Positions 25,141 through 34,748 of a DNA stretch of 39,278 nucleotides are shown piece after piece (position 1 is the first letter of the stretch; each line of letters starts with the position of its first letter). The stretch comes from Bacteroidota bacterium. Its GTDB lineage: Bacteria > Bacteroidota > Bacteroidia > NS11-12g > UBA9320. The stretch is from positions 1 through 39,278 of the forward strand of contig JAHEKB010000001.1 of the NCBI GenBank assembly GCA_024638525.1. Direction: 5' to 3'. The translations under genes and the position numbers were made by a program. Under the pieces are notes generated by a model. The model was not told where the DNA came from. It worked only from the letters and a program-made list of their open reading frames with translations, and did no database searches.

Positions 25141-25162
25141 TTAGATAGTAGTTTCTCCATGC

Positions 25163-27328
25163 TTAGCGGATGAATAGCATTTCCCTGTACTTGGGAAGTT
25201 TCCATAACTCATCATCAACGAGAAGCTCAAGCTTGTCAACATGATACCTTATTTCATCAAAAGAGGATTTCACTTTTTCGAAATAAGTGACTGCCTGCTT
25301 ACGGCTGTCGTCTATCTTGTTGGCTAATCTTCTTGCTTCGGTCATTTTATCTACAAGTTCTTTGGCCTTATCTATGTGTTGGGTAATGGTTGTCAAGAGT
25401 TCTTTTTGAGCGGAACCGGCGTCCACACCAGCGGCACTCATGCTGTTAATGTTCGAAGACAACCTTCCGATATAATTCAGCGCGGAAGGAATTACGTAGG
25501 TGTATATCAACTCATTCAGCACCCGTCCCTCAATCTGAATTTTCTTGGTGTATTCTTCTTGCATTATCTCTAGGCGTGCATGGAGTTCAGCATTTGAGAA
25601 TATGCCATTCCCAACAAATACCGACAATGCCTGCTCAGATACATAAGCGTCTAATGATTCTGGGGTGTTCTTAATATTACTCAATCCCCTTTTTACAGCC
25701 TCTTCAACCCAAGCATCACCGTAGTTGTTTCCTTCGAAAAGGATGTTTCTCGAATCTGATAATGCTTGTTTGAGCTCACTTATGATCGCTGATCTTTGGT
25801 CTTCTCCAGATTTTACCCTTGCATCTACAGCAGCCTTGAATGTCTTCAGTTGATGTCCTACTGCAGAATTTAATGCCGTCATAGGTTGTGCAGAGTTCTT
25901 TGAGGAACCCACGGCCCTCAATTCAAATTTGTTTCCGGTAAATGCGAAAGGTGAAGTTCTGTTTCGGTCTGTATTGTCTACCAATATTTCCGGTATGCTT
26001 CCAATGTTTATAGTCCTATTCTCATTTTCGTCATCTGTATTGCTTGTTCCATTCTCAAAGTCATTCAAGACTTGAGTGAGCGTAGAACCAATGAAAGCAG
26101 AGATAATCGCCGGTGGTGCTTCGTTCGCACCTAAGCGGTGATCATTAGCAGCCGAAGCAATACTCGCTCTGACAATATCTGCAGAATCGTGTAGAGCTTT
26201 AATGGTATTGATGAAAAAGGTCAGGAATTGCAGGTTGGAGTTTGGATTATTGCCAGGCGAAAGCAAATTGACACCCGTATTTGTAATCACCGACCAATTA
26301 TTGTGTTTGCCAGATCCATTGATTTCGGCAAATGGCTTTTCGTGAAGTAGAACCTTGAATCCATGGCGGTGAGCCACTTCATCCATGAGATCCATCAAGA
26401 GCTGATTGTGATCAACGGCAAGGTTCACTTCTTCATAAAGCGGAGCGCATTCATATTGGCCAGGAGCAACTTCATTGTGTCTGGTTTTCAAGGGTATGCC
26501 AAGTTTCATGCACTCCAATTCAAAGTCGTACATATAGTTGAAGACCCTGTCTGGAATGCTTCCAAAATAGTGGTCTTCCATTTGTTGACCTTTGGCGGGT
26601 GCATGACCCACAAGGGTCCTGCCACAGAGAATTAAATCTGGTCTGGAATTGAAAAGTGCTTTATCCACCAAAAAATACTCTTGCTCTATACCCAAGGACG
26701 CCCTACAAGAGGTAATGGCCTCATCAAAGAATTGGCATACGGCCGTCGCTTGCTCATCGAGAAATTGAACTGACTTCAAAAGTGGGGCTTTATAATCTAG
26801 CGCTTCACCATTGTAAGACACAAATACCGTGGGTATACACAAGGTAGATCCCGTAGAATTCTCATAGATAAATGCAGGGGATGTAGGGTCCCAGGCTGTA
26901 TAGCCTCTTGCTTCAAAAGTGTTTCTCAATCCACCACTAGGCAAACTAGAAGCATCTGGCTCTTGCTGAACCAAATTGCTGGCCGAGAACTTTTCGATGG
27001 CTTGTCCATCTTTTCCATCATAGAAGGAATCATGTTTCTCAGCAGTCGCACCCGTAAGGGGTTGAAACCAATGTGTATAATGAGAGGCACCGCGTTCTAT
27101 GGCCCATCTCTTCATGCCGTCCGCAATATGTGAGGCCATATCTCGGTTGATTGAGATACCGTCTCTAATGGCTACGGAAACAGCTATATAGGCCTCTTTA
27201 CTCAAATGCTTTTTCATCTCATCATCATTGAATACGTTGGTAGCAAAGAGTTTTGGGATGGAGTGTTCAGATGATTTGGGGTGCACAACCTCCCTTTGTT
27301 GTGCTTGGTTTATCGCTTGAAATCTCAT
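25163..27328 (-). CDS. glnN: Glutamine synthetase type III
   Basis: It is 721 aa. The N-terminal ...FATNVFNDDEMKKHLSKEAY..., plus ...NEVAPGQYE... and ...NGSGKHNNWS..., are characteristic of GSIII as in Bacteroides. Confidence 0.92.
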   Translation of the reverse strand: MRFQAINQAQQREVVHPKSSEHSIPKLFATNVFNDDEMKKHLSKEAYIAVSVAIRDGISINRDMASHIADGMKRWAIERGASHYTHWFQPLTGATAEKHDSFYDGKDGQAIEKFSASNLVQQEPDASSLPSGGLRNTFEARGYTAWDPTSPAFIYENSTGSTLCIPTVFVSYNGEALDYKAPLLKSVQFLDEQATAVCQFFDEAITSCRASLGIEQEYFLVDKALFNSRPDLILCGRTLVGHAPAKGQQMEDHYFGSIPDRVFNYMYDFELECMKLGIPLKTRHNEVAPGQYECAPLYEEVNLAVDHNQLLMDLMDEVAHRHGFKVLLHEKPFAEINGSGKHNNWSVITNTGVNLLSPGNNPNSNLQFLTFFINTIKALHDSADIVRASIASAANDHRLGANEAPPAIISAFIGSTLTQVLNDFENGTSNTDDENENRTINIGSIPEILVDNTDRNRTSPFAFTGNKFELRAVGSSKNSAQPMTALNSAVGHQLKTFKAAVDARVKSGEDQRSAIISELKQALSDSRNILFEGNNYGDAWVEEAVKRGLSNIKNTPESLDAYVSEQALSVFVGNGIFSNAELHARLEIMQEEYTKKIQIEGRVLNELIYTYVIPSALNYIGRLSSNINSMSAAGVDAGSAQKELLTTITQHIDKAKELVDKMTEARRLANKIDDSRKQAVTYFEKVKSSFDEIRYHVDKLELLVDDELWKLPKYREMLFIR

Positions 27329-27344
27329 AGTGAAATCTAAGAGG

Positions 27345-27352
27345 CAAAAGTA
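27345..27352 (-). promoter_or_regulatory. Candidate -7 box (TACTTTTG) for glnN
   Basis: It is an exact TAnnTTTG match on the minus strand, 16 nt upstream of the ATG at 27328. Confidence 0.45.
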
Positions 27353-27423
27353 GAAGCAGCCATGAACTGGACTTCTTGTGGTTTACTGAATTAGCCCACA
27401 AAATATAAACAGCATACAGTGCA

Positions 27424-28497
27424 TTAATTCATGCCACCAAATTTGAGTTTTTCGGCATTTTCCGCCATTTTCAGTTGATCGATGAATTCCTGGATATCTC
27501 CATTCAAAACCGCGGGTAGATTGTACATAGTAAGATTTATTCTGTGATCAGTTACCCTTCCTTGTGGAAAGTTGTAGGTTCTGATTTTTGCCGAGCGATC
27601 TCCGGTCGAAACTAAGGTCTTTCTAGTTTTAGCAACTTCTTCCTGTTTTTTCAAAAGCTCGGCTTCAAATAGTCTTGAACGCAAAACGGAGAGTGCTTTG
27701 TCAAAGTTTTTGTGTTGGGATCGTCCATCTTGACATTCTACGACAATTCCCGAAGGAATATGAGTCAACCTAACGGCTGATTCGGTTTTATTGACGTGCT
27801 GTCCGCCTGCACCTGAAGATCGATATGTATCTCTACGTACATCTTTCATGTCGAGTTTGACGTCTACTTCATCTGCTTCTGCAAGTACAGCGACCGTTGC
27901 AGCCGAAGTATGTACTCGGCCTTGTGATTCTGTCTCAGGCACCCTCTGCACTCGGTGAACACCGGATTCAAACTTGAGAACACCATAAGCTCCTGGACCA
28001 TTCACTTTAAACGATATTTTATTGAAACCGCCGACGGTCCCCTCCATTACTTCTAATAATTCAGTGCTCCACTTCTGATCAGCACAGAAACGATCGTACA
28101 TTTTATATAAATCCCCGGCAAAAAGGCTTGCTTCGTCACCACCGGTTCCAGAGCGAATTTCAACAATGGCATTTTTATCATCTTCGGGATCTTTGGGTAT
28201 CAAAAGATATTTAATTTCATCCTCAATTTCGGGCCTCTTTTTGTTGAGATCTTCGTACTCCTCTTTGGCCATTTCTTTCATTTCAGCATCGGTTTCGCTT
28301 TCCAGGAGTTCTCGTGCCTCTTTGAGATTAGCCAAAAGATTCTTGTACTCAAAGTATTTTTGATCAAGTTCCTTTAGGTCGCTGTACTCTTTGTTGAGTT
28401 TGCTGAATTTGTCCATGTCAGATGCAACCTCAGGAGAGCTCAGCAACTGTTCCAATTCAATAAATCTGGCGTGTATGGCCTCTAATTTTTCTAGCAT
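27424..28497 (-). CDS. prfA: Peptide chain release factor 1
   Basis: It carries the GGQHVNKT motif, the RF1-type P-x-T tripeptide context [17 protein letters not shown], and has typical length. Confidence 0.95.
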   Translation of the reverse strand: MLEKLEAIHARFIELEQLLSSPEVASDMDKFSKLNKEYSDLKELDQKYFEYKNLLANLKEARELLESETDAEMKEMAKEEYEDLNKKRPEIEDEIKYLLIPKDPEDDKNAIVEIRSGTGGDEASLFAGDLYKMYDRFCADQKWSTELLEVMEGTVGGFNKISFKVNGPGAYGVLKFESGVHRVQRVPETESQGRVHTSAATVAVLAEADEVDVKLDMKDVRRDTYRSSGAGGQHVNKTESAVRLTHIPSGIVVECQDGRSQHKNFDKALSVLRSRLFEAELLKKQEEVAKTRKTLVSTGDRSAKIRTYNFPQGRVTDHRINLTMYNLPAVLNGDIQEFIDQLKMAENAEKLKFGGMN

Positions 28498-28509
28498 CTA
28501 TCTAGCGTG

Positions 28510-28517
28510 CAAAGATA
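28510..28517 (-). promoter_or_regulatory. Candidate -7 box (TATCTTTG) for prfA
   Basis: It is an exact TAnnTTTG match on the minus strand, 12 nt upstream of the ATG at 28497, in the 31-nt gap after the preceding gene. Confidence 0.4.
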
Positions 28518-28528
28518 TAAATGCAAGC

Positions 28529-29341
28529 CTACCTAAATTGAATTTCAATGATTTGGTGATTCAAAGCATAGGCCAGACCTTCTGGTTTAAAGGCCAAATC
28601 TCTCAGCTTGTGATCAGAGGGGATGGCGATGGTATTTGAAGTGAATGAACGCATATTGTAAATAAAGACCGAGTGGTTGCTTTTCTGCAATAGCAGCTGA
28701 TTGCCATTCACATCGAATGCTGTGGAGCCATATAGCGCAACTGTCTTACTATAGGTAGCGAACATATCAAAAATTAGGATTCCTGCAGATGAGTCGGCCA
28801 GATAAACCTGATTGCCCGATTCTTTGATAGAGTATGGAGACAAACCACTGGAAACAAATGCAGACAGTTGACCACTGCGACTTAATATTTCACCGGCTTT
28901 AGAGACTTTCATAAGTTCAAACTCGGTGGCATTAAACAGCCAAAGTTGATTGTCGAATGTTCGGGCAATGGCACTTATATTTCCGTAACCAAAAGAACTG
29001 AGATCCAACTCTCCTCTCTGGTTCAGCATATTGTCTAAGAACACCACCTTATTCTGGTCTTTGTAGTGCACGTAGAGTTCAAAGGGATTGCTGCAATCAA
29101 TGGAATAGACGGTTCCGTATAATTTAGAGTTGACTCGGGTAATTAGATTTCCGCTCTTGTCATACTTATAGAGGGTGTTCTTTTGATCTGCTATATAGTA
29201 ATTTCCTTTGGCATCAACAGTCATACAATTAATGACAATATTGCTGTCCAAGGAAATGTCTGCCAAGGCCCATAGGGGCAGGCTAATTAGCGATATCAGT
29301 ATAATTCTCCAGTTCAAGTTGTCCGTTGTCAATTTTAGCAT
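28529..29341 (-). CDS. Hypothetical secreted protein, beta-propeller-like (NHL/SMP-30-like repeats)
   Basis: It has a signal-like WRIILISLISLPLWALA and repeated ..YYIADQKNTLYKYDKSGNL.. / ..VYLADSSAGILIFD.. blade-like units. The start is uncertain: ATG at 29341, or TTG at 29332 or 29317. All three overlap the lpxH 3' end. Confidence 0.5.
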   Translation of the reverse strand: MLKLTTDNLNWRIILISLISLPLWALADISLDSNIVINCMTVDAKGNYYIADQKNTLYKYDKSGNLITRVNSKLYGTVYSIDCSNPFELYVHYKDQNKVVFLDNMLNQRGELDLSSFGYGNISAIARTFDNQLWLFNATEFELMKVSKAGEILSRSGQLSAFVSSGLSPYSIKESGNQVYLADSSAGILIFDMFATYSKTVALYGSTAFDVNGNQLLLQKSNHSVFIYNMRSFTSNTIAIPSDHKLRDLAFKPEGLAYALNHQIIEIQFR

Positions 29342-30035
29342 AAGTAAAGTGGTTCACCCAATCACCCAGATTTATAAAACGCGAGTTTTCTTTCAATGGT
29401 ACATTTCTGGGTTTGTGCCTATGACCAAAAATATAATAATCGCATGGGTTCTTTTCCTCATTTTTCAGGGCAAACTGATATTGAAATTCCTGGTCTAAGG
29501 GGATGTCGTTTTGGTCTTCTTTGAAGTTCTTCGCCCTGCTCCTTTTGGAAAGGAATTGCGCCAATCCTATACCGAAATTCGGGTGGAGGCGATGAAATAA
29601 CCAAATGGCCCATCTGCTTCTAAAAACGGAACGGATGAATTTGTACTTCAAATCGCCCGGTCCAAGCCCATCCCCGTGATGAACAAATATTTTCTTTCCG
29701 TCGATTACCCCTATCCATTCTTCATCTACAATGCTGACCCCTATCTCTGAGCTGAGATAATCAAAAGTCCACATGTCGTGATTGCCTTTAAAAAAGTAGA
29801 CTTGAATTCCGGCATCCGTCAATTCAGCAATTTTACCTAAAAGTCGGGTGTAGTATTTTGGAACTACGGTCTTGTATTCGTACCAAAAGTCAAAAATGTC
29901 TCCTACTAAAAAAATTGAATCTGCATCCTCTTTTATTTGGTCGAGCCATCTCACCACTTTCCTCTCTCGCTCTAATGAACTATGGTAATTGGGAGAGCCC
30001 AAATGAAAATCAGAAGCGAAATAGACTTTTGACAT
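29283..30035 (-). CDS. lpxH: UDP-2,3-diacylglucosamine diphosphatase
   Basis: The calcineurin-like metallophosphoesterase motifs appear in LpxH order: ASDFHLG, GDIFDFW, GNHDMW, HHGD, GHRH. The start is set at MSKVYF (ATG at 30035) because a -7 box overlaps the upstream ATG at 30047. Confidence 0.85.
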   Translation of the reverse strand: MSKVYFASDFHLGSPNYHSSLERERKVVRWLDQIKEDADSIFLVGDIFDFWYEYKTVVPKYYTRLLGKIAELTDAGIQVYFFKGNHDMWTFDYLSSEIGVSIVDEEWIGVIDGKKIFVHHGDGLGPGDLKYKFIRSVFRSRWAIWLFHRLHPNFGIGLAQFLSKRSRAKNFKEDQNDIPLDQEFQYQFALKNEEKNPCDYYIFGHRHKPRNVPLKENSRFINLGDWVNHFTYAKIDNGQLELENYTDIAN

Positions 30036-30040
30036 TGGCG

Positions 30041-30048
30041 CAAACATA
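30041..30048 (-). promoter_or_regulatory. Candidate -7 box (TATGTTTG) for lpxH, 5 nt from the ATG
   Basis: The minus strand reads TATGTTTG-CGCCA-ATG, which contains the shared TTTGCGCCA element. Confidence 0.4.
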
Positions 30049-30089
30049 GACAGGAGGGCTGAATTCTGACCGTTGAGAAGAAGAATTTA

Positions 30090-32876
30090 TTAGTGTGCTT
30101 CTAACCAATTATAACCTTGCCCCATCTCCACTAGAACGGGAACCTTAAGTGGCATGGCCTTTTCCATCATTGCAATGATTTGAGGCCCCAGTTCATCAAT
30201 CTCATCCTTGTGAGCATCAAAGAGCAATTCATCATGCACCTGAAGAATCATCTTTGTTTTTGTCTTGCTCTTCTCAAGCAGCTCTTGAATGTTGATCATC
30301 GCTACTTTGATCATATCAGCTGCAGAGCCTTGGATGGGGGCATTAATGGCATTTCTTTCTGCGAAACCGACTACTGTCCTGTTGTTGGAATTGATGTCCG
30401 GGATGTAACGTCTTCTGCCCAATAAGGTCTTGACATAGCCATTCTTTCTGCAAAAGTCTATGGTCTTGTCCATGTAAGAGCGTATGCCTGGGAACTGTTC
30501 AAAATAGGCATCAATAAGCTCTTTTGCTTCTGTTCTGCTGATCCCTAAATTTTGAGATAAACCAAAGGCGCCTTGTCCGTAGATGAGCCCAAAATTCACG
30601 CTTTTAGCCCTATAGCGTTGCTCCTTACTTACTTCTTCTACCTCAACACCAAACACCTTAGCTGCAGTTGCTGCATGGATATCAATACCCGCGTGAAAAG
30701 CTTCCATCATCCCTTGATCTTCAGCTACCGAAGCCACTACCCTAAGTTCAATTTGAGAGTAATCCGCTGCAATAAGAAGGTGGTTGTCATCTCTCGGAAC
30801 AAAGGCCTTGCGGACTACTCTTCCCATATCGGTCCTGATGGGAATATTTTGCAGATTTGGATTGTTGCTGCTCAACCGACCAGTGGCAGCAACTGCTTGA
30901 GCAAAGCTGGTGTGAACTCTCCCCGTTGATTCCTTGATTAGTTTTGGCAGTGCATCTACATAGGTCGATTTCAGCTTTTGAATTTGGCGGTAATCCAGAA
31001 CCTTTTGTACCATTTCATGGCTGTCTGCTAACTTTTTAAGTGTGTCTTCGTCTGTTTTGTATTGACCCGTTCTTGTTTTCTTGGCCTTTGGGTCAAGTTT
31101 CAGGACATCGAAAAGCACTTCACCCAATTGTTTAGGGCTGGAAATGTTAAAATTAGACGATGACAATTCGTGTATCTCCTTTTCAAGGCTAATGAGGTTA
31201 TGTCCCAATTCCGCACTGTAATTATCCAAGAACTCCCTGTCCACTTTTACCCCTTCCATTTCCATGCTGGCCAGTACTTTCACCAGGGGGATTTCTACAT
31301 CGGTAAATAAGGATTCCAGTTCTAGCTCTTTTAGTTTAGGAGCCAGAACCTCCTTTAGCTGTAGAGTGATATCTGCATCTTCCGCCGCATATTCTTTGGC
31401 CTTATCCAACTCTACACTTTCAAAACTCAATTGATTCTTCCCTTTCTTTCCTATAAGTGTTTCGATAGAAACAGGCTTGTAATTAAGGTATTTCTCGGAG
31501 AGGGCATTCATGCCGTGTCGTTGATCGGGCTCGATGAGATAGTGAGCCAACATAGTATCAAACATGGGCCCTTCGATGCGTATACCGTATTTATGCAATA
31601 CCATCAAGTCGTACTTGATGTTTTGAGCAATTTTCTGTATTTGCGGATTGGCAAATACATCCTGAAATATCGCGAGTATCTTTTTGCATTTGTCAAATTC
31701 ACGGGGTAAAGCCACGTAATATGCTTTTTGCTTTTCAAATGATAAAGCTAGACCAAGCACTTCAGCCTCCAATTTGTCCAGACTCGTAGTTTCTGTATCA
31801 AAGCAAAAACTGCTTTTTGTAGCCAAAAGATTTGCAAGTTCCTGTGCTTCTTTCTGGTACTGAATTAGAATATATTCATGCTCAACCGTTTCAATGGTTT
31901 TGAGTGCAGTGACTTCTGCAACCGTTTCTTGTCCGTTGCTGCCAGTTGAAGGCTCAGCTCCAAAGAGATCGCCTTGCACAGCCATTCCGGCCCCCATTTG
32001 GTCACCCAACAATCGCTTGCCCAGGGTTCGGAATTCCAATTCTTGAAACAAGCCATTGAGTGCCTCTTTGTTTGGCTCGTCCATAACCAAGGATTTCTGG
32101 TTGAATTCAACGGGTACATCATCAATAATAGTTGCAAGTTTCTTAGACAGGAATGCCAATTCTTTATTCTCGTCTATATTCTCCTTTAACTTGCCTTTGA
32201 GCCCAGAAGTGTCTTCATAGAGGCTTTCCATGCTACCGTATTCAGCCAAAAGCTTCGCTGCAGTTTTCTCACCGACTCCGGGGACACCAGGGATGTTGTC
32301 CACCTTGTCACCCATTAAGCCCAACAGGTCTATTACTTGAGCGGTGTTTTGCAAGCCAAAGCGCTGGCAAACTTCATCTGGACCCCATACTTCTGCTTTA
32401 TTGCCAGATCTGGCAGGTTTGTACATCAATATCTTTTCTGTTACCGCTTGTCCAAAATCCTTATCCGGGGTCATCATATAGGTAGTGAAACCCTGTCTTT
32501 CAGCTTCCTTGGCCAGAGTAACTATGACATCATCTGCTTCATAACCCTCCTTTTCCAATATTGGAATATTAAAGGCCTCAATAATTTTTCTTATATACGG
32601 TTCAGACCTGACAATATCCTCAGGCGTCTCATCTCTATTGGCCTTATATTCTGGATATTCTTGCTTGCGGATATTCTCAGATTTGTGGTCAAAGACCACG
32701 GCAATATGGCTTGGTTTCTGGTTCTCAAGCACATCTAACAGGGTGGTTGTGAAGCCAAATATAGCATTGGTGTTCATGCCGTAGCTGGTTATCCGTGGAT
32801 TTCGAATGAAGGCATAGTATGCTCTGAAAATAAGCGCGTAGGCATCTAGGAGGAACAGTTTTTTGTCTTGAGACAT
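30090..32876 (-). CDS. polA: DNA polymerase I
   Basis: It has a 5' nuclease domain (LLDAYALIFRAYYA), 3'-5' exonuclease motifs (FDTETTSLD), and polymerase motifs A (DYSQIELR), B (RYRAKSVNFGLIYG) and C (QVHDEL). Confidence 0.97.
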   Translation of the reverse strand: MSQDKKLFLLDAYALIFRAYYAFIRNPRITSYGMNTNAIFGFTTTLLDVLENQKPSHIAVVFDHKSENIRKQEYPEYKANRDETPEDIVRSEPYIRKIIEAFNIPILEKEGYEADDVIVTLAKEAERQGFTTYMMTPDKDFGQAVTEKILMYKPARSGNKAEVWGPDEVCQRFGLQNTAQVIDLLGLMGDKVDNIPGVPGVGEKTAAKLLAEYGSMESLYEDTSGLKGKLKENIDENKELAFLSKKLATIIDDVPVEFNQKSLVMDEPNKEALNGLFQELEFRTLGKRLLGDQMGAGMAVQGDLFGAEPSTGSNGQETVAEVTALKTIETVEHEYILIQYQKEAQELANLLATKSSFCFDTETTSLDKLEAEVLGLALSFEKQKAYYVALPREFDKCKKILAIFQDVFANPQIQKIAQNIKYDLMVLHKYGIRIEGPMFDTMLAHYLIEPDQRHGMNALSEKYLNYKPVSIETLIGKKGKNQLSFESVELDKAKEYAAEDADITLQLKEVLAPKLKELELESLFTDVEIPLVKVLASMEMEGVKVDREFLDNYSAELGHNLISLEKEIHELSSSNFNISSPKQLGEVLFDVLKLDPKAKKTRTGQYKTDEDTLKKLADSHEMVQKVLDYRQIQKLKSTYVDALPKLIKESTGRVHTSFAQAVAATGRLSSNNPNLQNIPIRTDMGRVVRKAFVPRDDNHLLIAADYSQIELRVVASVAEDQGMMEAFHAGIDIHAATAAKVFGVEVEEVSKEQRYRAKSVNFGLIYGQGAFGLSQNLGISRTEAKELIDAYFEQFPGIRSYMDKTIDFCRKNGYVKTLLGRRRYIPDINSNNRTVVGFAERNAINAPIQGSAADMIKVAMINIQELLEKSKTKTKMILQVHDELLFDAHKDEIDELGPQIIAMMEKAMPLKVPVLVEMGQGYNWLEAH

Positions 32877-32885
32877 GGGCGCAAT

Positions 32886-34676
32886 TTATGGATTTGATTT
32901 GTCCTCGGGTAATCCCAACTTCTCTTTGAGGTCTTCTTGATTAAGCACCCCAAGAGTATGGTTGTATCCTTCTAATACAAAGTCATCAAAGGCCTTCCAC
33001 TCCAGAAATCCCTTTTTTGTTCGCGGGCTCAAGTAAATGTCTGACAGGCTTTGCTTTTTAGGGGTCTTTTCAGCGCTTGATAAGGTAATGGATTTCATTA
33101 CCGTATTCATTAAACCAGGAATGTAATTTGAATTGGGAAAACCGAAGAATCTCTTTATTAATCCAAGGTTACCGAGTCGATAGTGTCGTGTGATGCTTCG
33201 CTTTTTTTGACTAACAACATCCACCGCAATGATTTTTCCCTTGTATTTATGAGCCATAATATCAACCGGCAAGTTGTTAACAACACCCCCATCTACGAGC
33301 AAGCTGTTTTTGTGCAGTATTGGCGGTAAAATACCTGGAATTGAAATGCTGGAGAGTATGGCTAAGTCCAAGGGGCCAGTTTCAATTATTTCAGTCTCGG
33401 ACGTGGAGAGGTTGGCCGCAACTACAAAGCAATTTTTCCATGTATTAATCACATCTTGGTCGAAATGCTTTTGCAATACTTTTCTCAGTCGTCGACCCTT
33501 TAAAAGTGCAACCAATGGCAAGGTATAATCATTGAGAGGGTTGTTTTGACTTATGTCCGATCGAACATTCTTTCTGATATACTCGAAATCCCAGTCATTG
33601 GCAATGGCTGCCGTAAGTATTGACCCAATACTAGTGCCTCCAATGATGTCTATTGGAACCTCGTGCTTGCGAAAGGCTTTAAGAACGCCAATCGTTGAAA
33701 GACCATGAGCACCCCCGCCTCCGAGCACCAAACAAATCAAATCGCCAGTAATTGCCCTACAAGCGCGATCAAGATGAGTTGATTGATCAAGTTTGATCCT
33801 AAAAATCTGATTTGCGTCAAACAAACTTGTCCATTTTGAACCCTTTGGTTTAGAATCATTTGAATGAGTTATTATAAGTTGCGCTTGGTCTTGGTTGTAT
33901 AGAGTCCGAGACTGAATATGAGGCTCAAGGTCAGAGGTCTCAAAGTTTTCGGGAACGACCATAACGGTCTTGTCGGCATATTCACTGAGTACATTTTGGG
34001 TGGTCTTACTATCTGAGTAGATCAAAAGATGATCGGCAGAAGATTCCAATTTGCAGAGCAATTCAAAGCTGCTAGCTTCAATGCTATCAAGATGTAGAAT
34101 AGCAATTTCTTTTCTTCCTTTCCAGTATTGTTGAACCGCCTTAACCCAGTACCCTGCTGTCTTTCCTTCTTCAAATGTCCGTATGTGAATCACTCTATCA
34201 ACAAAGTGGTTGTGAGTATTGACTGCTGCATTTGCCTTGCTCAATCTCTTAGCGAGAACATTGGCCAGCCCGTAAGTCAGGCGCGGGTGGCTTTGAGCTA
34301 GTTGCTCAAAGTCGCTCCTTGAAAGTTCCATTAAAACAGACCTTCTGCGCGTTACGACGGTCGCATTCCTGTGGTTGCTCTGAATCAATGCCATTTCTCC
34401 AATGATTTCTCCTTGGTTTATCTGATTGATTTTCACCTCATTCCCTTCGCGCTTAACAAATACATCTAGGGCTCCATCCAGAAGGATAAACATGGAGTTT
34501 GCATCATCGCCTTCCGAGACGAGTAAATGGGATTTGTCCAAAGTTAGAAAGGAGGAACTGCGAGCGATATCTGGACAATCGCTTGAATCAAAATAATTTT
34601 TAATGACCTCTAAATACCTGCTTTGGGTCAAAGGATTTAAGTCATTGAAGGAATTTCTTACTTCCATATTTAGCAT
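32886..34676 (-). CDS. Cyclic-nucleotide-binding domain / patatin-like phospholipase fusion (NTE-like)
   Basis: The N-terminal cNMP-binding fold reads GDDANSMFILLDGALDVF...GEIIGEMALI...RNATVV. The patatin motifs are LVLGGGGAHG, GGTSIGS and VDGGVVNNLP. The start is ATG at 34676 or 34667. The ATG at 34721 in the ORF track would place the divergent tyrS promoter box and this gene's own -7 box inside the ORF. Confidence 0.8.
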   Translation of the reverse strand: MLNMEVRNSFNDLNPLTQSRYLEVIKNYFDSSDCPDIARSSSFLTLDKSHLLVSEGDDANSMFILLDGALDVFVKREGNEVKINQINQGEIIGEMALIQSNHRNATVVTRRRSVLMELSRSDFEQLAQSHPRLTYGLANVLAKRLSKANAAVNTHNHFVDRVIHIRTFEEGKTAGYWVKAVQQYWKGRKEIAILHLDSIEASSFELLCKLESSADHLLIYSDSKTTQNVLSEYADKTVMVVPENFETSDLEPHIQSRTLYNQDQAQLIITHSNDSKPKGSKWTSLFDANQIFRIKLDQSTHLDRACRAITGDLICLVLGGGGAHGLSTIGVLKAFRKHEVPIDIIGGTSIGSILTAAIANDWDFEYIRKNVRSDISQNNPLNDYTLPLVALLKGRRLRKVLQKHFDQDVINTWKNCFVVAANLSTSETEIIETGPLDLAILSSISIPGILPPILHKNSLLVDGGVVNNLPVDIMAHKYKGKIIAVDVVSQKKRSITRHYRLGNLGLIKRFFGFPNSNYIPGLMNTVMKSITLSSAEKTPKKQSLSDIYLSPRTKKGFLEWKAFDDFVLEGYNHTLGVLNQEDLKEKLGLPEDKSNP

Positions 34677-34678
34677 CT

Positions 34679-34686
34679 CAAAAATA
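34679..34686 (-). promoter_or_regulatory. Candidate -7 box (TATTTTTG) for the cNMP-patatin gene
   Basis: It is an exact TAnnTTTG match on the minus strand, 2 nt before the ATG at 34676 and 11 nt before the ATG at 34667. Confidence 0.35.
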
Positions 34687-34725
34687 ACTCTGCTCAGCCA
34701 TCTTTTACCATCGCTGTGCATGACT

Positions 34726-34733
34726 TACATTTG
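34726..34733 (+). promoter_or_regulatory. Candidate -7 box (TACATTTG) for tyrS
   Basis: It is an exact TAnnTTTG match 15 nt upstream of the tyrS ATG at 34749. Confidence 0.45.
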
Positions 34734-34748
34734 CCCAAAATTCGTTAA

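Noticed and set aside
27329-27423. A possible glutamine riboswitch (glnA RNA motif) upstream of glnN.
   Set aside because: The 95-nt gap holds a promoter box 16 nt from the ATG. It has no recognisable conserved core or E-loop/pseudoknot arrangement of the glnA motif, only weak AT-rich hairpins.
29560-29580. ATTGCGCCAAT on the plus strand, resembling the TTTGCGCCA promoter-proximal element.
   Set aside because: It lies antisense inside lpxH coding sequence (encoding GLAQF), lacks the TAnnTTTG part, and has no downstream ORF.
32780-32800. TTATCCGTGG, a near DnaA-box (TTATCCACA) sequence.
   Set aside because: It is a single imperfect copy inside polA coding sequence, with no cluster, no AT-rich unwinding element and no dnaA or dnaN nearby.
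32886-34721. The patatin phospholipase as a CBASS-like or other anti-phage effector.
   Set aside because: There is no CD-NTase, SMODS, E1/E2/JAB, SAVED or other defence gene nearby. The sensor is a CAP-type cNMP domain fused in cis, as in NTE-like housekeeping proteins. The flanks are polA and tyrS, and there is no sign of an island or mobile element.
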